DNA from: Neocallimastix sp. 'constans'
Lineage: Eukaryota
Length of the DNA stretch: 64,000 nt
Direction of reading: 5' to 3'
Assembly: GCA_050613775.1 (NCBI GenBank)
Contig: JBODTK010000138.1
Span: 62,001-126,000 of the forward strand
Shown here: positions 60,041-64,000 of the stretch, piece by piece
Numbering within the stretch: the first letter of the stretch is position 1
How the letters are laid out: every line of letters begins with the position of its first letter
Translations under genes and position numbers: made by a program
The notes under the pieces: model-generated
Databases searched by the model: none
Seen by the model: only the letters and a program-made list of their open reading frames with translations
Told to the model about the DNA's origin: nothing

Positions 60041-61465
60041 AATTAATACTTTTATAATTGATATTAATTTAATTATATATAAAAAAATTTCCGCAAAAAA
60101 GTTTATTTAATCTATTCGTGTAACCTCTGTAGAGATAAAAAAAATATTGATATTGACCTATTTAAACAATATTTTTTATTTTATTTTTTTTTTTATTTAA
60201 TATATTTCGATAATTTAATGTTTTAAAACTTTATTACATATTAAAGAAACAGTAGTTACAGGTTGTTTTTTTTTTTTTATAATAGTTTAAAAAGAAATAT
60301 ATATTTAAAAATAAAAAAAAGGGTATTTTTAAGAAGAATATAAAACTTCTTTATAGCATATAAAAATATATATATATAAAATATATACATTTGAATGTTT
60401 TTATTTATTATCTCTGTATTATATAATGTTTAATGATCTTATTATTGTTCATTTTAAATGATAGGAATTCTGTATTTATATATATATTTATATATATATT
60501 TTTTTTTGATTCTAATATTCTATAATTTTATTTCAAAAAGTTTAAAATTAATATTAAAAAAATAAATAAAAAAAAAAAACATAAAAAGTATTTTAAAATG
60601 ACTGATTAATTAAAAGTACAGACATGTCATTAATTTATAAATGTATACTTTTAACCTATGATATATGATATAGAAATAATATTTATGGGTGGAAAATGGT
60701 TAACTGAAAATAAATATAACCATTTATGTTTATAATTAAACCCAAAATTATCATTTATTATTATTTAATTATTTATTAATAAATTTACTTTTTTATTATT
60801 TAATTATTTATTAATAATACTCTTTTTTATTATTTAATTATTTATTAATAAATTCACTTTTTTATTATTTAATTATTTATTAATAATACTCTTTTTATTA
60901 TTTATTATTAATTTTTATTTATTCATTAATATCTATTGTTCAATTATTTATTTATTATTTAAATATTAATAATTAATTTATGGGTAAATTATTATTATTA
61001 TAAATATTTATATATTATTTTTTTTTTTTTTATTTTATTTTTATTATTTTAAATTTTGTAATTATATGTTCATTGTTTTTTATTATTATTCATGTAATAA
61101 TGTTTTTAATTTATGAATATTAAAAATATTAATATATGATTAAATAAAATACAAAATACAATTAATAATGTACCCTCTACAAGTTCTTTATTATTATTAT
61201 TTTTTTTAATCCTCCCTATTTTAATAAAACAAATAATTTTTTTTTTTTTTTTTAGTAGATGACCTTTTAAATGAACTATATTATTTATTATCATTAATGA
61301 TAAATAATAGCTGGAATGGATTCAGTGTTACACATAACAATAACAATATTATTCATCAGCACCAGTTCTTCCAAGAATTCTATTATTATTATTTACTAAT
61401 TTTTTTTTTAAAAAAAAAATAAAATCATTATGACTGAGAATAAAAAAAAATATAAAATAAATATA

Positions 61466-61515
<50 letters not shown>

Positions 61516-62884
61516 TTATGTAATAATTTTATATTTATATTAATAGTAAATTCTATAATTAATATTTCTATAATCAATTATTTATTTATTTTATAGCTAC
61601 TATTATTATTTATTATTGTTTTTAATATTATTTAATATTTTTATTGTTATTTATATCAATTATTATTATTATTTATTATTGTTATTGATATCAATTATTA
61701 TTATATATTATTGTTATTGATATCAATTATTATTATTATTTAATATATTTTTTTGTTATTTTGTTATTATTATTATTAATCCTATTAATTACTATTATTA
61801 TTAATCCTATTAATCATTATTTATATATTTATTAATACTATTAATCCTATTAATTATTATTTATATATTATATTTGTTAATGAGTTAATGATAAAACACT
61901 ATTTAAATTAATAAAAGAGAAATAAAAAAGTTTTAAAAAAAATTTTTTTTAATGTTCATAAAGTAAAAAAAAAAAAGGTAAATATTCTTTTATCATGAAA
62001 GAAAAAATAAAATATAATAAATAAAAAAAAAATAAAAAGAAAAGATTAAGATTAAATAAATTTAAAAAAAAAAAGATACAAAAATAAAAAAAAAAAATAA
62101 ATAAGAATGAAAGAAATTGAAAAGACCTTTTAATTATTTTCATAAAATATATGATTTTATTAATATTTTATTAACATTTTATTAACATTTTATTAATATT
62201 CTTTTCAGTTTAATAATAAAATTTTTTATTAATAATAACAATCAACATTTTTTTTTAATTATATTTAAAAAATTTTTTTTTTATATTGTGGATTTTATTA
62301 TTATTAATTTTATTATTAATATATCTTGAATTATTCATTTGTGGATATTAATTTTTAATGGTATAATAGATGTATAATTAATATTATTATTAATACTATT
62401 AATATTATTAAAAAAAAAAAAAAAAAAAGTTTTATAGGACTTATTTATTTTATAATAAAAGACTCTAAAAAAAAAAAAAAAACGATTATATAAATGTATA
62501 ATGTAATATAAATAAAAACATTTATATAAATAATTATAAATATGAAAAAGATTTGTATTTAAAATGAAAAATAAAAAATTCTTTTTTTTTCTTTTTTTTT
62601 TTTTTTTTGATATATATACATGTGAATTTTTATTTTTATGAATTTATATAAATTCTCTTTTCTCTTAATATGAGAATAATATATAATAAATATAATTATC
62701 AGTTATGATGATATATTGATAATAATATTAATAAATGAAATCTACCCACATAGAGTTTTAATGAATTTTTTATTTTTATATTTTTTATTTTTCTTTAATG
62801 ATAAACTATTAATTTATGAATCATTTTTTTTCTACTCCTTTTTTTTTTTTTTCATAATTCTAAATAAAGGAGGTTTTACTTTAC

Positions 62885-63235
62885 AAATGAATCATAACAA
62901 TCTTTTAATATTTGACTATTCTTTTATTGAATCATAACAATCTTTCATTATTTAACTATTCTTTTAATTTTATTGAATTATAACAATCTTTTAATATTTG
63001 ACTATTCTTTTATTGAATCATAACAATCTTTCATTATTTAACTATTCTTTTAATTTTATTGAATTATAACAATCTTTCATTATTTGACTATTCTTTTATT
63101 AAATCATAACAATCTTTTATTATTTGACTATTCTTGTATTGAATCATAAAAATTATTAATATTTGGCTATTCTTTTATTGTATCATAAAAATTATTAATA
63201 TTTGGCTATTAATTTATTGTATCATAATACTCTTT
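62885..63235. repeat. ~40-bp minisatellite
   Basis: About 8 copies of TGAATCATAACAATCTTTYATTATTTRACTATTCTTTTAT. Confidence 0.85.
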
Positions 63236-63319
63236 TATTTTATGAATGTAACATTAATTATATACACTTTTTTTAGAATAAAATTATTATTAATTATTAT
63301 TATTATTATCTATCTATTA

Positions 63320-63660
63320 TTATTATTTATTATTTATTATTTATTATTTATTATTTATTATTTATTATTTACTATTTATTATTTATTATTTATTATTTAC
63401 TATTTATTATTTATTATTTTTTATTTATTATTTATTATTCCATTATTTATTATTATTTATTATTCCATTATTTATTATTTATTATTTATTATTTATTATT
63501 CATTTATTTATTATTTATTATTCAATTATTTATTATTTATTATTTATTATTCATTTATTTATTATTTATTATTTATTATTCCAATATTTATTATTCTATT
63601 ATTTGTTATTCCATTATTTATTTTTATTATTTATTATTTATTATTCATTAATACCTTTTT
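63320..63660. repeat. (TTATTTA)n heptamer satellite array
   Basis: Degenerate heptamer tandem of the same family as the 14.6, 16.6-19.4, 46.4 and 60.8 kb arrays. Confidence 0.8.
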
Positions 63661-64000
63661 TTTCTTTTTATTATTTAATATTTAATATTTATATATTTAT
63701 TATTAAAAAAAAAAAAAAAATTTTATAGAATCAATTTTAACATATAACATATGTTTATATTTTTAATTATTCTTTTTTTAGTATAATAAAATAAAATAAA
63801 ATAAATAACAAAATTTAGGTTAAAATTTTAATGCATTATAATATATAGAAAAGTATTGTGATTCATTATCTTTTATCATTTATTATTATTATTATTTAGT
63901 ATTATTATTATTATTATTATTATTATTGTTAACTGTTAGGATTTTATGGTTAATGATTATGTCAACTTCATTAACATATTTTATACTCAAGAATTACTCA

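Noticed and set aside
61300..61385. Minus-strand ILGRTGADE resembling an ABC-transporter Walker A (GRTGAGK)
   Set aside because: It lacks the GK residues, is followed immediately by a stop, and has no supporting flanking similarity.
59560..63235. Regular 15-bp and 40-bp repeats as possible CRISPR arrays
   Set aside because: Head-to-tail tandem units without unique spacers, no cas genes, eukaryotic context.

Overview
Extremely AT-rich eukaryotic genomic DNA, full of homopolymers and microsatellites, with GT-AG introns. Composition, intron style and gene content point to an anaerobic gut fungus (Neocallimastigomycota); this assignment is an inference. I spliced the genes by hand and find eight. 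(1-2) Two tandem intronless GT71-family mannosyltransferases. (3) A secreted CE8 pectin methylesterase that, as assembled, has two +1 frameshifts and one in-frame stop. (4) A secreted three-exon DUF4874+DUF4832 protein of bacterial type. (5) A ~2051-aa five-exon protein with a folded N-terminal domain and a long Asn-rich tail carrying tandem SxIP motifs and other repeats. (6) A probable membrane-anchored BAG-domain protein. (7) A 10-exon NOT4 E3 ligase. (8) A four-exon protein with 4 TM helices, a C2HC finger, RD/RE tracts and a C-terminal SH3 domain. Intergenic DNA holds a decayed two-LTR remnant (~19.5-20.6 kb), an internally deleted Ty1/copia relic (~47.4-48.8 kb), a decayed APE-type LINE (~49.2-50.5 kb) and foldback-like inverted arrays of a modular heptamer satellite. 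I found no rRNA, tRNA or CRISPR. Family calls rest on motif recognition only; no searches were run.
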